Made by a program: the position numbers and the translations under genes. A model generated the notes under the pieces. It had not been told where the DNA came from and ran no database searches. It saw only the letters and a program-made list of their open reading frames with translations. Shown in pieces: positions 1 through 9,231 of a stretch of DNA of 64,000 bases. The DNA lies in the NCBI GenBank assembly GCA_964605735.1, contig CAZSDS010000001.1, forward strand, positions 134,771 to 198,770, given 5' to 3'. The stretch comes from an uncultured Candidatus Saccharibacteria bacterium (GTDB lineage: Bacteria > Patescibacteriota > Doudnabacteria > UBA920 > O2-02-FULL-48-8). Positions within the stretch are counted from its first letter, which is position 1; every line of letters starts with the position of its first letter.

Positions 1-993
1 TTGTTCCAGCCGATTTTGGAAGAGATAAGCAAGGTCGCTCCCGGCTTGGAGTTGCGATCACAGAGAATTGTGGCTGACCATATCAGGGCCAGCGTGTTTT
101 TGCTGGCTGACGGGGTTCTGCCATCAAACAAAGAGCGTGGCTACATTCTCCGCAGACTAATAAGAAGCGCGGTTGCGAATATCTGCAAAGTAGATTTGAA
201 TGTAGATTCTAAAGCAGTGGGTGTAATTGCGAATGTGGTCAGAGAGAACTACAAATCTTTCTATCCCGAACTGGACAATGACAAGCTGTATGATGATTTG
301 TCTGATGAGGTTAAGAAATTCCGCGCAACCCTGGAAAAAGGTTTGAAAATGCTTGAAGGCAAGACCACTATAACTGGAAAGGAAGCTTTTGATTTGTTCC
401 AATCATACGGCTTCCCTAAAGAACTGACCAAACAATATGTTTCTTTTGATGAAAATGAATTCGCTGAAGAATTGAAAAAGCATCAAGAGCTTTCCAGAAC
501 CGCTTCCTCAGGAATGTTCAAAGGCGGTTTGGCCTCGCACTCGGAAAAGGTGGTTAAGCTTCATACCGCAACCCACCTGCTTAACGCAGCCTTGAGGAAA
601 GTCCTCGGTCCGGAAGTTTGGCAAAAAGGCAGTAATATCACGGAAGAGCGAACCCGGTTTGACTTCACACACAATGCCAAAATGACTGATGAGCAAAAAA
701 AGGAAGTCGAGAAACTTGTTAATGAGTGGATTGCGGCAGACTACCCTGTTAAACGGGAAACAATGAGCCAGGATAAGGCCAGAGAACTTGGCGCAATCGG
801 TGTTTTCGGAGAAAAGTATGCAGACGAAGTTTCCATTTACAGCATAGTTGACCCCAAATCAAGCGAAGTCATTTCCAGGGAATTTTGCGGCGGTCCGCAC
901 GTTGAGCACACAGGCGTTATTGGTAAATTTAACATCCAGAAAGAAGAAGCTGTTTCCGCCGGTGTCAGGAGAATTAAAGCAACTATTTCTTAA
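1..993 (+). CDS. alaS: Alanyl-tRNA synthetase, C-terminal part (5' truncated by window)
   Basis: DHIR..LPSNKERGYILRRLIR, HTATHLL and EFCGGPHV editing motifs; ends at GVRRIKA. Confidence 0.95.
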   Translation: MFQPILEEISKVAPGLELRSQRIVADHIRASVFLLADGVLPSNKERGYILRRLIRSAVANICKVDLNVDSKAVGVIANVVRENYKSFYPELDNDKLYDDLSDEVKKFRATLEKGLKMLEGKTTITGKEAFDLFQSYGFPKELTKQYVSFDENEFAEELKKHQELSRTASSGMFKGGLASHSEKVVKLHTATHLLNAALRKVLGPEVWQKGSNITEERTRFDFTHNAKMTDEQKKEVEKLVNEWIAADYPVKRETMSQDKARELGAIGVFGEKYADEVSIYSIVDPKSSEVISREFCGGPHVEHTGVIGKFNIQKEEAVSAGVRRIKATIS

Positions 994-1006
994 GGTGCAA
1001 TCAAGC

Positions 1007-1324
1007 ATGAGAAACCCAGAACGTGAGCCTGTGAATATATATCAAGTCAGGCTTGCGCCCGGCTGTTCTGAAGAAGATGTCTTCCGCGCCCTATCGGACG
1101 GTGCCCAGGTAGGTTTTCTGGTCACAAGTAATTTTGATATATTTATATCAGTTAGAGATCTGCATATCACGCTTAAGAAAAAACTTGGATTAGACAATGA
1201 TGAGGTTGCGGCTGAAGGCAGAATGGAGTTGAATCGCGCGAATAAACTCAATTACCTATACTATCATAATAACGGCCCTGATGAGCCGATAAACAGTGCG
1301 CTTGAAGAAAAATTTAAATTTTAG
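1007..1324 (+). CDS. Hypothetical protein
   Basis: ATG at 1007 just after alaS stop; fills gap to pgi. Confidence 0.6.
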   Translation: MRNPEREPVNIYQVRLAPGCSEEDVFRALSDGAQVGFLVTSNFDIFISVRDLHITLKKKLGLDNDEVAAEGRMELNRANKLNYLYYHNNGPDEPINSALEEKFKF

Positions 1325-1336
1325 AAATAAAAAACC

Positions 1337-2128
1337 ATGATTGATTTAGAACTGGTCTCTGGTTTGCCGATTACCCTAGGAGAGGATAACAAAATCAAGT
1401 TTAACCAGCCCTTAGACGAGGTTAAACCCTCCGTGCGCATGTACAGCGAGATGAAAGATGTATTTATGGACCAGGATGCTGAACCGCCGTTCCAGGAAAT
1501 GTATTACATGTACCGCGATGTTTGTTTCCAGGAACATCGCGAGGCGCTTAAAACTGCCGGAGTCACGTATGACATCACAGTTTTGCCTGCAGGAAAAATA
1601 GGAAAAGAATACAACAAAACCGTAGGGCATTACCATGCCGTGAAGCCAGGCACGCAAATTGCATATCCTGAAGCCTATGAGGTCCTGCACGGACATGCGT
1701 TGTTCCTCCTGCAAAAGATGGATCCCTTGTTCCAGGACTTGGTAACCGTCATTGCCATTGAAGCCAAAGCCGGTGACAAGGTTGTTTATCCGCCAAATTA
1801 CGGACACATTATTGTAAACATTGGAAGAGAGACGCTGGTGACCAGTAATTTTGTCGGCGACAAATTTGAAAGAATGTACAAACAGGTTTCTGACCGCAAA
1901 GGTATGGCGTATTATGTTGTTGAAAAGGACAATAAATTCGTATTCGAAAAAAACAACCGGTATGAAAATCATCCGGAAGTGCGAATGATTACAGACCAGT
2001 TCATGCAAAGTTTCACCTTAATGGGCAACAAGCCTATGTACACCATCGGCGCAAACAATCCTAAGGCTTTGGAATTCTTGAATAATCCTGACAAATATGC
2101 CGTGGAATTGTCGAGCATCACTTCATAA
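1337..2128 (+). CDS. Cupin-type (archaeal-like) glucose-6-phosphate isomerase
   Basis: YDITV..G..G.EYNKTVGHYH, PEAYEVLHG, PPNYGH cupin motifs. Confidence 0.85.
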   Translation: MIDLELVSGLPITLGEDNKIKFNQPLDEVKPSVRMYSEMKDVFMDQDAEPPFQEMYYMYRDVCFQEHREALKTAGVTYDITVLPAGKIGKEYNKTVGHYHAVKPGTQIAYPEAYEVLHGHALFLLQKMDPLFQDLVTVIAIEAKAGDKVVYPPNYGHIIVNIGRETLVTSNFVGDKFERMYKQVSDRKGMAYYVVEKDNKFVFEKNNRYENHPEVRMITDQFMQSFTLMGNKPMYTIGANNPKALEFLNNPDKYAVELSSITS

Positions 2129-2183
2129 GGGCGTAACAAGATAGCTTGGTGTTGCGATTAAATATTGCTAGAATAAAGGCACA

Positions 2184-3809
2184 ATGGCGAAAGTCGTAAA
2201 GCTGAATAAAAACGACCAATTGGTCGATATAATCAAAAAAATCAAGAGCCTCAAGGGAGATGAGGTGGTTTTCGAATTGCCGGTTGGCTCAGCCGTTTTC
2301 AAGAACCCGCACAACTTAAGCCTGATAAAAAAGAGCGCCGCGGCAATGGGGATAAATTTGATCATCAGGACTGAAGACAAGAACGGACTGTCTTTGGCGG
2401 CAAAAGCAGGATTGTTGATTGACGACGGCAGTGAGCCTGTGAAGCCCAAGATTAGAAGCGTAAAAACCACCAAGAAAGTCAGGTTTGCCGACATAGGCGC
2501 CCAGACAATGCCTCGCGCCACCGGTTCGGTTCCGGTTATGGCTAGCGCAAAAAAAACAGGTTCAGTCAAAGTTCACTCAGAGGATTTGGGGATCGGAAAC
2601 GCGGGTTCAATTAAAAAGAAATTGCCAAGAATCAGCAGCACTTTTTCAAGAGTGTTTGTACTTAGCGTCTTTGTCCTGGTTTTGGCTGTTTTTGGACTTG
2701 CGGTTTTATTGCCGCAGGCGCGAATAACTGTGTATGCCAGGTCAGAGCCTGTGACCCGCGATATTGAGGTTTCAATTGATAAAAATATTCGAACAATAAA
2801 CAGCACGAATCTTACCATCCCAGCAGAACCAATCAGCAAAGAAATTTCACATACCAAAAATTTTCCGGCTACCGGCGTGAAGCTGGACGGCACCAAGGCA
2901 ACAGGTAATATCCAGTTGTACAACTTTACCAAAAACACATTGACTTTGCGCGCGGCAACCACCACCTTGATTGTTGACGGGAAGCGTTACTCATTTGCGC
3001 GGGATGTTACGGGGTTAAGGCCAACTGCCAGAATTGGGGTGGGGAGCGAACAGGAAATTGACGAGTCCAGTTTAATTGCACCTGTGCCGATTGTTGCCCA
3101 GGATATCGGGGCGAACTTCAATATTGGAACTAATGTCCGACTTGAAGTGCAGAACGCGGCCTTGGGACAAGCTGATGTTTATGCAGTGACGCAGGGGCCA
3201 ATCAGCGGCGGCACTTCGACTGAAACGAAAATACTTTCCCAGCAGGATATTGATAATGCAACAACAGCGATGCAGGCTGAGCTGGCTGGCTTGGTTGAAG
3301 CTGAGCTGAAAGGTTCAGTGTCAGGAAATGATCTTAAAATTATGCCAAATGCAGTGACTAGTGAAATTTTGGCAAAGACTGCGAACAAAGAAGTGGGTGT
3401 GGCCACCGAGAATTTTGACATGACCATTATTGCCAGAGTCACAGGTTTGGGATTCAAGGAACAGGATGTTAAAACTTTGGTGTTGGAAAAGATAAATTCT
3501 GTGTTGTCTGAGGATAAATATTTGCCGGAAGACGGCAAGCAGGAACTGACTGTAAACCTCAAATCAGTTGATCTGAACGGGGGGTCAGGGGTACTGGCCG
3601 TGCACTTTGAAACTGTGGCGGCTTACAGGGTCGAGAATACAAATTTGTCGAAAATCCTGGCAGGCAAGAGCGCGCTGGAGATAAAAGAAATTTTGCTGAC
3701 CAAACCGGAGATTGACAGGGTGGATGTAAGATTCTCGCCATTCTTTGTAAACAAAGCTCCGCGATTCAACGGTAAGATTTATATAGAAACAATCGAATCA
3801 CAAAGTTAA
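2184..3809 (+). CDS. Baseplate J/gp47-like membrane-anchored protein (CPR type)
   Basis: N-terminal domain, one TM helix, ATG..KATG.I.LYN and G..FNI..GG motifs typical of this family. Confidence 0.6.
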   Translation: MAKVVKLNKNDQLVDIIKKIKSLKGDEVVFELPVGSAVFKNPHNLSLIKKSAAAMGINLIIRTEDKNGLSLAAKAGLLIDDGSEPVKPKIRSVKTTKKVRFADIGAQTMPRATGSVPVMASAKKTGSVKVHSEDLGIGNAGSIKKKLPRISSTFSRVFVLSVFVLVLAVFGLAVLLPQARITVYARSEPVTRDIEVSIDKNIRTINSTNLTIPAEPISKEISHTKNFPATGVKLDGTKATGNIQLYNFTKNTLTLRAATTTLIVDGKRYSFARDVTGLRPTARIGVGSEQEIDESSLIAPVPIVAQDIGANFNIGTNVRLEVQNAALGQADVYAVTQGPISGGTSTETKILSQQDIDNATTAMQAELAGLVEAELKGSVSGNDLKIMPNAVTSEILAKTANKEVGVATENFDMTIIARVTGLGFKEQDVKTLVLEKINSVLSEDKYLPEDGKQELTVNLKSVDLNGGSGVLAVHFETVAAYRVENTNLSKILAGKSALEIKEILLTKPEIDRVDVRFSPFFVNKAPRFNGKIYIETIESQS

Positions 3810-3814
3810 AAAAT

Positions 3815-3846
3815 AAAAAAACCGTCTGGCGTGCTAGGCGGTTCTT
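3815..3846. terminator. Intrinsic terminator, probably bidirectional
   Basis: A-tract + ACCGTCTGGC/GCTAGGCGGT stem + TTCTT. Confidence 0.55.
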
Positions 3847-3849
3847 GCT

Positions 3850-4378
3850 AAAAAGAAAGAGCCCTGGTACTGAGACTGGGCTTTCTTGTTGTAAACACCT
3901 CCTTGGTGTTGGGTGGCGGCGCTGCTGCAGCAGCGCCGCCTGACGAACGAAGAAGCGAAGGAAACGAAGAAGCGAAGGAACACGGGTCCTGGTGAGCCAC
4001 TTTATGCAGCCACACCAGGGCCCAACTTGCTAAAAACCGGCTTGGTTCATCTTTGGGACTCTTCCAGTGCGAGGAAGAGAGATTCGCCGGCTTATACGAG
4101 TTCTGCATCTCGCTGTTTCCCGGAGAAACAGCTTCAAGGTTGTCCCTCACAGCCCAGAGAACTCTTTTTTCTTTTCTTATATCAAAACAAGGATGCTCTT
4201 GTATGATTGCTGCCGCCATACTTGTTAGCGTTCAAGGGAGTTGCAGCATTTATCAGTGCAATTAGATCTGCTCACCGGGGCTACAGATCGACAAACTTAG
4301 GGTTCGCACACCCCAAATCAGAAATTACACCAATACCCTACGGTTGAACTTGTAAAAAAACTACTACCAAAACAGTAG
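3850..4378 (-). ncRNA. Candidate ~520 nt structured non-coding RNA (unit A)
   Basis: Promoter at 4383-4410, terminator at 3850-3887, many hairpins, no convincing ORF. Confidence 0.45.
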
Positions 4379-4382
4379 GTGT

Positions 4383-4410
4383 ATTCTATCAGATTTTGGT
4401 AATTTGTCAA
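4383..4410 (-). promoter_or_regulatory. sigma70 promoter of unit A
   Basis: TTGACA-16-TAGAAT with TGn extension on minus strand. Confidence 0.7.
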
Positions 4411-4428
4411 TACATGAGACATAAAAAT

Positions 4429-4442
4429 GGCTTAAATAAGCC
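4429..4442. promoter_or_regulatory. Palindromic motif GGCTTATTTAAGCC (minus orientation), candidate regulator site
   Basis: Identical to 25766-25779; lies between divergent promoters. Confidence 0.5.
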
Positions 4443-4477
4443 GTTTTCCCGGAATACTTAGCTCTTTCCTAGGGAAT

Positions 4478-4506
4478 TTGACATTTTGGGCTTTCTTTGT
4501 TATTAT
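4478..4506 (+). promoter_or_regulatory. sigma70 promoter of infA/alpha operon
   Basis: TTGACA-17-TATTAT. Confidence 0.7.
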
Positions 4507-4653
4507 CCTTAAGCATTTCACCCCCGATTTCGGTCGGGTCGACCCTACAAGTATCTAACTGAATCTGCCTTAAACAAGCTGGTTCTGGGGTCAAAAAGTT
4601 AGTATTCGTAAACTTTTACTCATATTTCTGCATCGCAAGACTTAGGGAAGTCT

Positions 4654-4872
4654 ATCCCACAAAAGAATACAATCGAACTTGAGGGCATTGTCGAAGAGAC
4701 TTTGCCTAGTGCTGTTTTTCGTGTCCGTTTGGAAGGTGGTCAAACCATCCTTGCCCATCTGGCCGGGAAAATGCGCGTTCATAAAATTCGTATTTTGGAA
4801 GGCGACAGGGTCATTGTGGAGGTAACTCCATATGATCTTACCCGCGGTCGTGTAATCAGACGATTGAAGTAG
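4654..4872 (+). CDS. infA: Translation initiation factor IF-1 (ATC start)
   Basis: [50 protein letters not shown]; 72 codons; absent from ORF track. Confidence 0.95.
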   Translation: MPQKNTIELEGIVEETLPSAVFRVRLEGGQTILAHLAGKMRVHKIRILEGDRVIVEVTPYDLTRGRVIRRLK

Positions 4873-5047
4873 AAGCGTACGAAGGTTTTGAAGTTTTGAG
4901 AAAATGAACTAAAGACCGCGAAGCGATCTGACTGGCGAAGGACATCGGAGGCTGCATCAGCGGCCGTACCCGCAGACGGACAAACCGCGCCGCCGATAAT
5001 CGCGAGCGAAGCTATGGTTCAATTTGAACAATAATCAAGGGATAACC

Positions 5048-5161
5048 ATGAAGGTAAGAGCATCAGTAAAACCTATTTGCAAAAAGTGCAAAGTCGTGAA
5101 AAGACGCGGCCGCATTTTCATCATTTGCGAAAACCCTAAGCACAAGCAAAGACAAGGATAA
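5048..5161 (+). CDS. rpmJ: 50S ribosomal protein L36
   Basis: [37 protein letters not shown]. Confidence 0.97.
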   Translation: MKVRASVKPICKKCKVVKRRGRIFIICENPKHKQRQG

Positions 5162-5163
5162 TT

Positions 5164-5559
5164 ATGGCATTAGTACGTATTTCAGGCGTAAGCCTCCCAC
5201 AACAGAAAAGAATCGAAGCCGCTTTGCCGTATATCTTTGGCATTGGTTGGCCATTGTCAAAAAAGATTCTGACAGACGTCAAAGTTGACCCAAACAAGAG
5301 AACTTCCGAATTGACTGAAGCAGAGGTTGCAAGAATTCGTGAATACATCGAAAAGAATTACTCTGTGGAAGGACAACTCAGACAGACAATCGCCACTAAC
5401 ATTAAGCTGAAGAAGGAAATTGGCAGTTTCCAGGGTCTCCGCCACATCAAAGGACTTCCGGTCCGTGGCCAGAGAACCAAGACCAATAACCGCACCCGCC
5501 GAGGCAACGTTCGTAAGACTGCCGGATCAGGCCGTGCAAAAGCAGCTGAGAAGACATAA
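5164..5559 (+). CDS. rpsM: 30S ribosomal protein S13
   Basis: GLRHIKGLPVRGQRTKTN. Confidence 0.97.
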   Translation: MALVRISGVSLPQQKRIEAALPYIFGIGWPLSKKILTDVKVDPNKRTSELTEAEVARIREYIEKNYSVEGQLRQTIATNIKLKKEIGSFQGLRHIKGLPVRGQRTKTNNRTRRGNVRKTAGSGRAKAAEKT

Positions 5560-5571
5560 TCTAAGGAATTT

Positions 5572-6006
5572 ATGGCAGACACTACTACAATTGAAGAACC
5601 AAAGGTTGCGGCTACCGCCCCGGCTCCGGCAACTTCCAAGAGGAAGAAGTCAAAAGTCAAAGTGGCCCGCGGCCGAATCTACATCCAGTCTACCTATAAC
5701 AACACCATTATCACCGTCACCGATATGACCGGAAACGTGATTGGGTGGGGTTCGTCAGGCAGGACCGGATTCAAAGGTTCTAAGAAATCCACTCCATACG
5801 CCGCGCAGAGAACCATGGAAGACACGATTGCCCGCGTAAAGGACACTGGATTGAATGAAGTCGACGTATTCGTTAAAGGAATCGGCTCCGGACGTGAATC
5901 AGCTATCCGCGCATTGCAGGGCAGCGGCTTCACAATCTTATCCATTAAAGATAAGACTCCGATCCCGCACGGCGGCGTCCGACCTAAGAAAGCAAGGAGA
6001 GTATAA
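5572..6006 (+). CDS. rpsK: 30S ribosomal protein S11
   Basis: STYNNT, GFKGSKKSTPYAAQ, TPIPHGG. Confidence 0.97.
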   Translation: MADTTTIEEPKVAATAPAPATSKRKKSKVKVARGRIYIQSTYNNTIITVTDMTGNVIGWGSSGRTGFKGSKKSTPYAAQRTMEDTIARVKDTGLNEVDVFVKGIGSGRESAIRALQGSGFTILSIKDKTPIPHGGVRPKKARRV

Positions 6007-6620
6007 TGGCTAGACACATTGGACCAAAAGTAAAACCGTCCCGCCGGTTCGGCGAGGCGCTCACGCCCAAAGCTGAAAAGTATTTGGCAAAGCGCAATTA
6101 CCGCCCTGGCCAGCACGGTCAGAACCCTCTGAGATCTTCGGAATACGGACTCCAGCTGAGAGAAAAGCAGAAGGCAAAAATCATTTATGGCGTGATGGAA
6201 AAACAATTCCGTCGCTACTATGAAAAAGCCACCAAAAAAGTTGGAGTTACCGGCGACGCATTACTGCAGTTGCTGGAGATGAGGCTTGATAACATTGTTT
6301 TCCGACTCGGTTTGGCAACAACCCGCGCCCAGGCAAGACAATTGGTCTCTCACGGATTTTTCGAGATCAACGGAAAGAAAGTGAATATTCCTTCTTATGA
6401 AGTTAAAGTCGGAGATCAGATCAAGGTCCGAGACTCAAAGAAAAAATCAGGCTATATGGCTAATCTCGCTCAAGTGCTGGCAAAAGGCCAGAACAACACT
6501 CCGGAATGGGTTAGTCTGGACGCCAAGGAACTTGCAGGCAAAGTCTTGTCCGTTCCAACCGCCGAACAGCTCGATCACAAGTTGAACACCCAGCTGATCG
6601 TCGAACACTACTCAAGGTAA
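6006..6620 (+). CDS. rpsD: 30S ribosomal protein S4
   Basis: PGQHG, SEYGLQLREKQK, LEMRLDN, IVEHYSR. Confidence 0.97.
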   Translation: MARHIGPKVKPSRRFGEALTPKAEKYLAKRNYRPGQHGQNPLRSSEYGLQLREKQKAKIIYGVMEKQFRRYYEKATKKVGVTGDALLQLLEMRLDNIVFRLGLATTRAQARQLVSHGFFEINGKKVNIPSYEVKVGDQIKVRDSKKKSGYMANLAQVLAKGQNNTPEWVSLDAKELAGKVLSVPTAEQLDHKLNTQLIVEHYSR

Positions 6621-6668
6621 TCAATAATTATGGGCTGATCAAAGGCCCAGAAAACATCGTTCAAACAT

Positions 6669-7598
6669 ATGGAAAACATCCCACTCCCTAATAAAGTTTC
6701 TTTTGAAGAACTTGGGAACAATAAGTATCAGGTTGTCATGGAGCCTCTTTACCCAGGCTATGGCGTGACAATTGGAAACAGCTTGCGCCGCATTCTGCTT
6801 TCATCATTGCCTGGTGCAGCAGTAACCGCTGTCCGCATCAAGGGTGTGGATCATGAATTTTCAACCGTTCCTAACGTCAAAGAAGATGTTATCGAGATCA
6901 TCCTCAACCTCAAGCAAATGCGCATGAAAGTTCACACTGACCAGCCAGTGACTTTGGAATGCAAAGTTAAAGGCGAAAAGTCCGTGACCGCAGGTGATTT
7001 CAAAGGCAATTCAGACGTGGAGATCGTGAACCCAGATTTGCACATTGCAACTCTGGACAACAAGAATGCAGATTTTGACATGGAAGTTGTGGTTCAGGCC
7101 GGCCGAGGATATGTACCGGTAGAGCAGAGAGAAAATGAAAAACTGGAAATCGGCATGATTGCAGTTGATGCAATTTACACCCCGGTTAAGACCGTAAACT
7201 TTGAAGTCAAAAACGTCCGCGTTGGCCAAATTACCAACTTTGACCAGCTGACCATGACTTTGGAAACTGATGGGACAATCGACGGTAAAGATGCTATCGA
7301 CCAGTCAGCAAAGATTTTGCTGGATCACTTCAGCATGTTCACCAAGTCCTCAATGGAAGCTGAAGCGCCAGCTCCTGCTTTGAACGCAGCTGCTGAGGAA
7401 GGCATTAGAATCACTGAGGAAGATGATTTGAAGTCATTGGGGCTTTCAAACCGTTCATACAATGCTTTGATCAAGAACAACATCACCAGAATCTCTGATC
7501 TGCAGAAGATGACCCACGAAGATTTGCTGGGCGTGGAAGGTTTGGGGGACAAATCAATTGAAGAAATTGAACGATTAATCAGCACATACAATCAATAA
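6669..7598 (+). CDS. rpoA: RNA polymerase alpha subunit
   Basis: EPLYPGYGVTIGNSLRRILLSS; alpha-CTD present. Confidence 0.97.
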   Translation: MENIPLPNKVSFEELGNNKYQVVMEPLYPGYGVTIGNSLRRILLSSLPGAAVTAVRIKGVDHEFSTVPNVKEDVIEIILNLKQMRMKVHTDQPVTLECKVKGEKSVTAGDFKGNSDVEIVNPDLHIATLDNKNADFDMEVVVQAGRGYVPVEQRENEKLEIGMIAVDAIYTPVKTVNFEVKNVRVGQITNFDQLTMTLETDGTIDGKDAIDQSAKILLDHFSMFTKSSMEAEAPAPALNAAAEEGIRITEEDDLKSLGLSNRSYNALIKNNITRISDLQKMTHEDLLGVEGLGDKSIEEIERLISTYNQ

Positions 7599-7616
7599 TC
7601 CGAACTTATTAGTAAT

Positions 7617-7958
7617 ATGAGACACTTAAAGAAGAAGAAAATCGGCTCCGGAAAAGATCACGCCAGAAAACTGGTCCGCAGCATTGCTGCAGCCGCAATC
7701 GTCTACGAGAAGATTCAGACCACTGAAGCTCGTGCCAAGATTGCCCGCCAGTTGGTTGAGCGCATGATCACCAAAGGAAAAAAGGACGACTTGCACAACA
7801 AGCGCCAGATTTTCTCTGCCCTCCCAAACAACGCTGCCCGCAAGGTCATCGAAGTCCTGGGTCCGCGCTACAAAGAACGCGCCGGCGGTTACACCCGCAT
7901 TGTGCGTTTGGGCAACAGCAAGGACGGCATGCCGAAGGTTCAGTTGGAATTAGTATAG
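7617..7958 (+). CDS. rplQ: 50S ribosomal protein L17
   Basis: MRH.., IQTTEARAK, GGYTRI. Confidence 0.95.
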   Translation: MRHLKKKKIGSGKDHARKLVRSIAAAAIVYEKIQTTEARAKIARQLVERMITKGKKDDLHNKRQIFSALPNNAARKVIEVLGPRYKERAGGYTRIVRLGNSKDGMPKVQLELV

Positions 7959-7962
7959 TTTT

Positions 7963-8382
7963 ATGAAGACATTTTTACCTAAAGTTAAAGAGGTCAAGCG
8001 CGCCTGGTATGAAGTAGATGCCAGCAAGTTTACACTTGGACGCTTGGCTACCAGAGTGGCTACTGTCTTGCGCGGCAAGCACAAAGCAACCTTTACTCCT
8101 CACATGGATGTTGGTGATTTTGTGGTTGTGAAGAACGCTGCAAAGGTTAAGTTTACCGGAAGAAAGCTGGATCAGAAGATCTATTACCGAAACACTGGTT
8201 ATCCAGGCGGTATCAGAACCAAGTCTTTGGCAGAGCGAATGGAAAAAGAACCTGAAAAGGTGATCCGGGACGCGGTTTATAACATGGTTGACGCCAACAG
8301 ATTGAGAAAAGGTATTTTGCGCAGGCTTAAGGTCGTGGCCGGCGATAAGCATGAATTTCCCACAGAAAAGGAGATCAAGTAA
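7963..8382 (+). CDS. rplM: 50S ribosomal protein L13
   Basis: LGRLAT..LRGKHK..FTPHMDVGD. Confidence 0.96.
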   Translation: MKTFLPKVKEVKRAWYEVDASKFTLGRLATRVATVLRGKHKATFTPHMDVGDFVVVKNAAKVKFTGRKLDQKIYYRNTGYPGGIRTKSLAERMEKEPEKVIRDAVYNMVDANRLRKGILRRLKVVAGDKHEFPTEKEIK

Positions 8383-8984
8383 TGACAGCAGAAAAGAAGA
8401 CCACAGCTAAGACCGCCAAAAGCGCTTCCGCAAAGACAGCTGCCAAAAAGCCAGCGGCAAAGAAGGCTGCTGCGCCTCGCGCAAAGAAAACCGAGAAGCA
8501 TGAGAAGGCTGATAAGCCGGTTAAGACATCAGCTCCGGAAATCACTGCTGCTGAGCCGGTAGCTCAGCCAGCCGCATTCGTTGCAAAGGATATTGGCAAC
8601 AACAAATTCTACGCGGTAGGCAAGCGAAAGACGGCAGTTGCCCAGGTGATCATCACTGGTGGCGCTGGAGAAGTGACAGTGAACGAATTGGCAATGGATA
8701 AATACTTTGGCACCAAAGATTTGCAGGGTATTGTCGTTCAGCCGTTGAGCGCCGTTGGTTTGGACAAGACTTTGAAGATCCGCGGCAAGGTTCAGGGTGG
8801 AGGAATTCACGCCCAGTCTGAAGCCATGCGCCACGCGATTACCCGCGCCATTGTAGCAATGGATCCGGATGCACGCAGAACTTTGAAGAAGCTTGGATTT
8901 TTGACCCGAGACCCTAGAGTCAAGGAAAGAAAGAAGCCAGGTTTGCGCAGAGCACGAAGAGCTCCTCAGTTCAGCAAGCGCTAA
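8382..8984 (+). CDS. rpsI: 30S ribosomal protein S9 with Lys/Ala-rich N-terminal extension
   Basis: GKRKTAVA, LTRDPRVKERKKPG, APQFSKR. Confidence 0.96.
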   Translation: MTAEKKTTAKTAKSASAKTAAKKPAAKKAAAPRAKKTEKHEKADKPVKTSAPEITAAEPVAQPAAFVAKDIGNNKFYAVGKRKTAVAQVIITGGAGEVTVNELAMDKYFGTKDLQGIVVQPLSAVGLDKTLKIRGKVQGGGIHAQSEAMRHAITRAIVAMDPDARRTLKKLGFLTRDPRVKERKKPGLRRARRAPQFSKR

Positions 8985-9003
8985 ACATTTCATAAGAAAT
9001 TTC

Positions 9004-9030
9004 AAAAACCTCCTTTACGGGAGGTTTTTT
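9004..9030 (+). terminator. Intrinsic terminator of ribosomal operon
   Basis: AAAAACCTCC-TTTACG-GGAGGTTTTTT. Confidence 0.8.
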
Positions 9031-9231
9031 GATTGCCCAAAGTGCAAGTATTGATGGAAATTTAAGCTAATTACGATTTAATTTAATCTTAATACAATCT
9101 TGACCACAATGACTTTCAAGGAAATTTTTGCTAAACAAGCTATCAACGACCATGATGAAATTCAAACATTTTTTTCAGGCAATTAGCAAGTGAAAAAGGA
9201 ACAACTGCAAAGCTGTTCCTTTTTGTACAAT

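Noticed and set aside
2184-3809. Prophage
   Set aside because: No other phage genes or integrase nearby
3947-3980. 17-nt direct repeat as a CRISPR array
   Set aside because: Only two adjacent copies, no spacers, no cas genes
3848-4219. 123-aa minus ORF and overlapping plus ORFs (3913-4206, 4053-4265)
   Set aside because: No SD, low-complexity translation of palindromes and repeats, and the minus ORF runs through the terminator; more likely shadows of a structured RNA (not fully excluded)
4925-4985. Hammerhead ribozyme
   Set aside because: No CUGANGA plus GAAA core in the right arrangement
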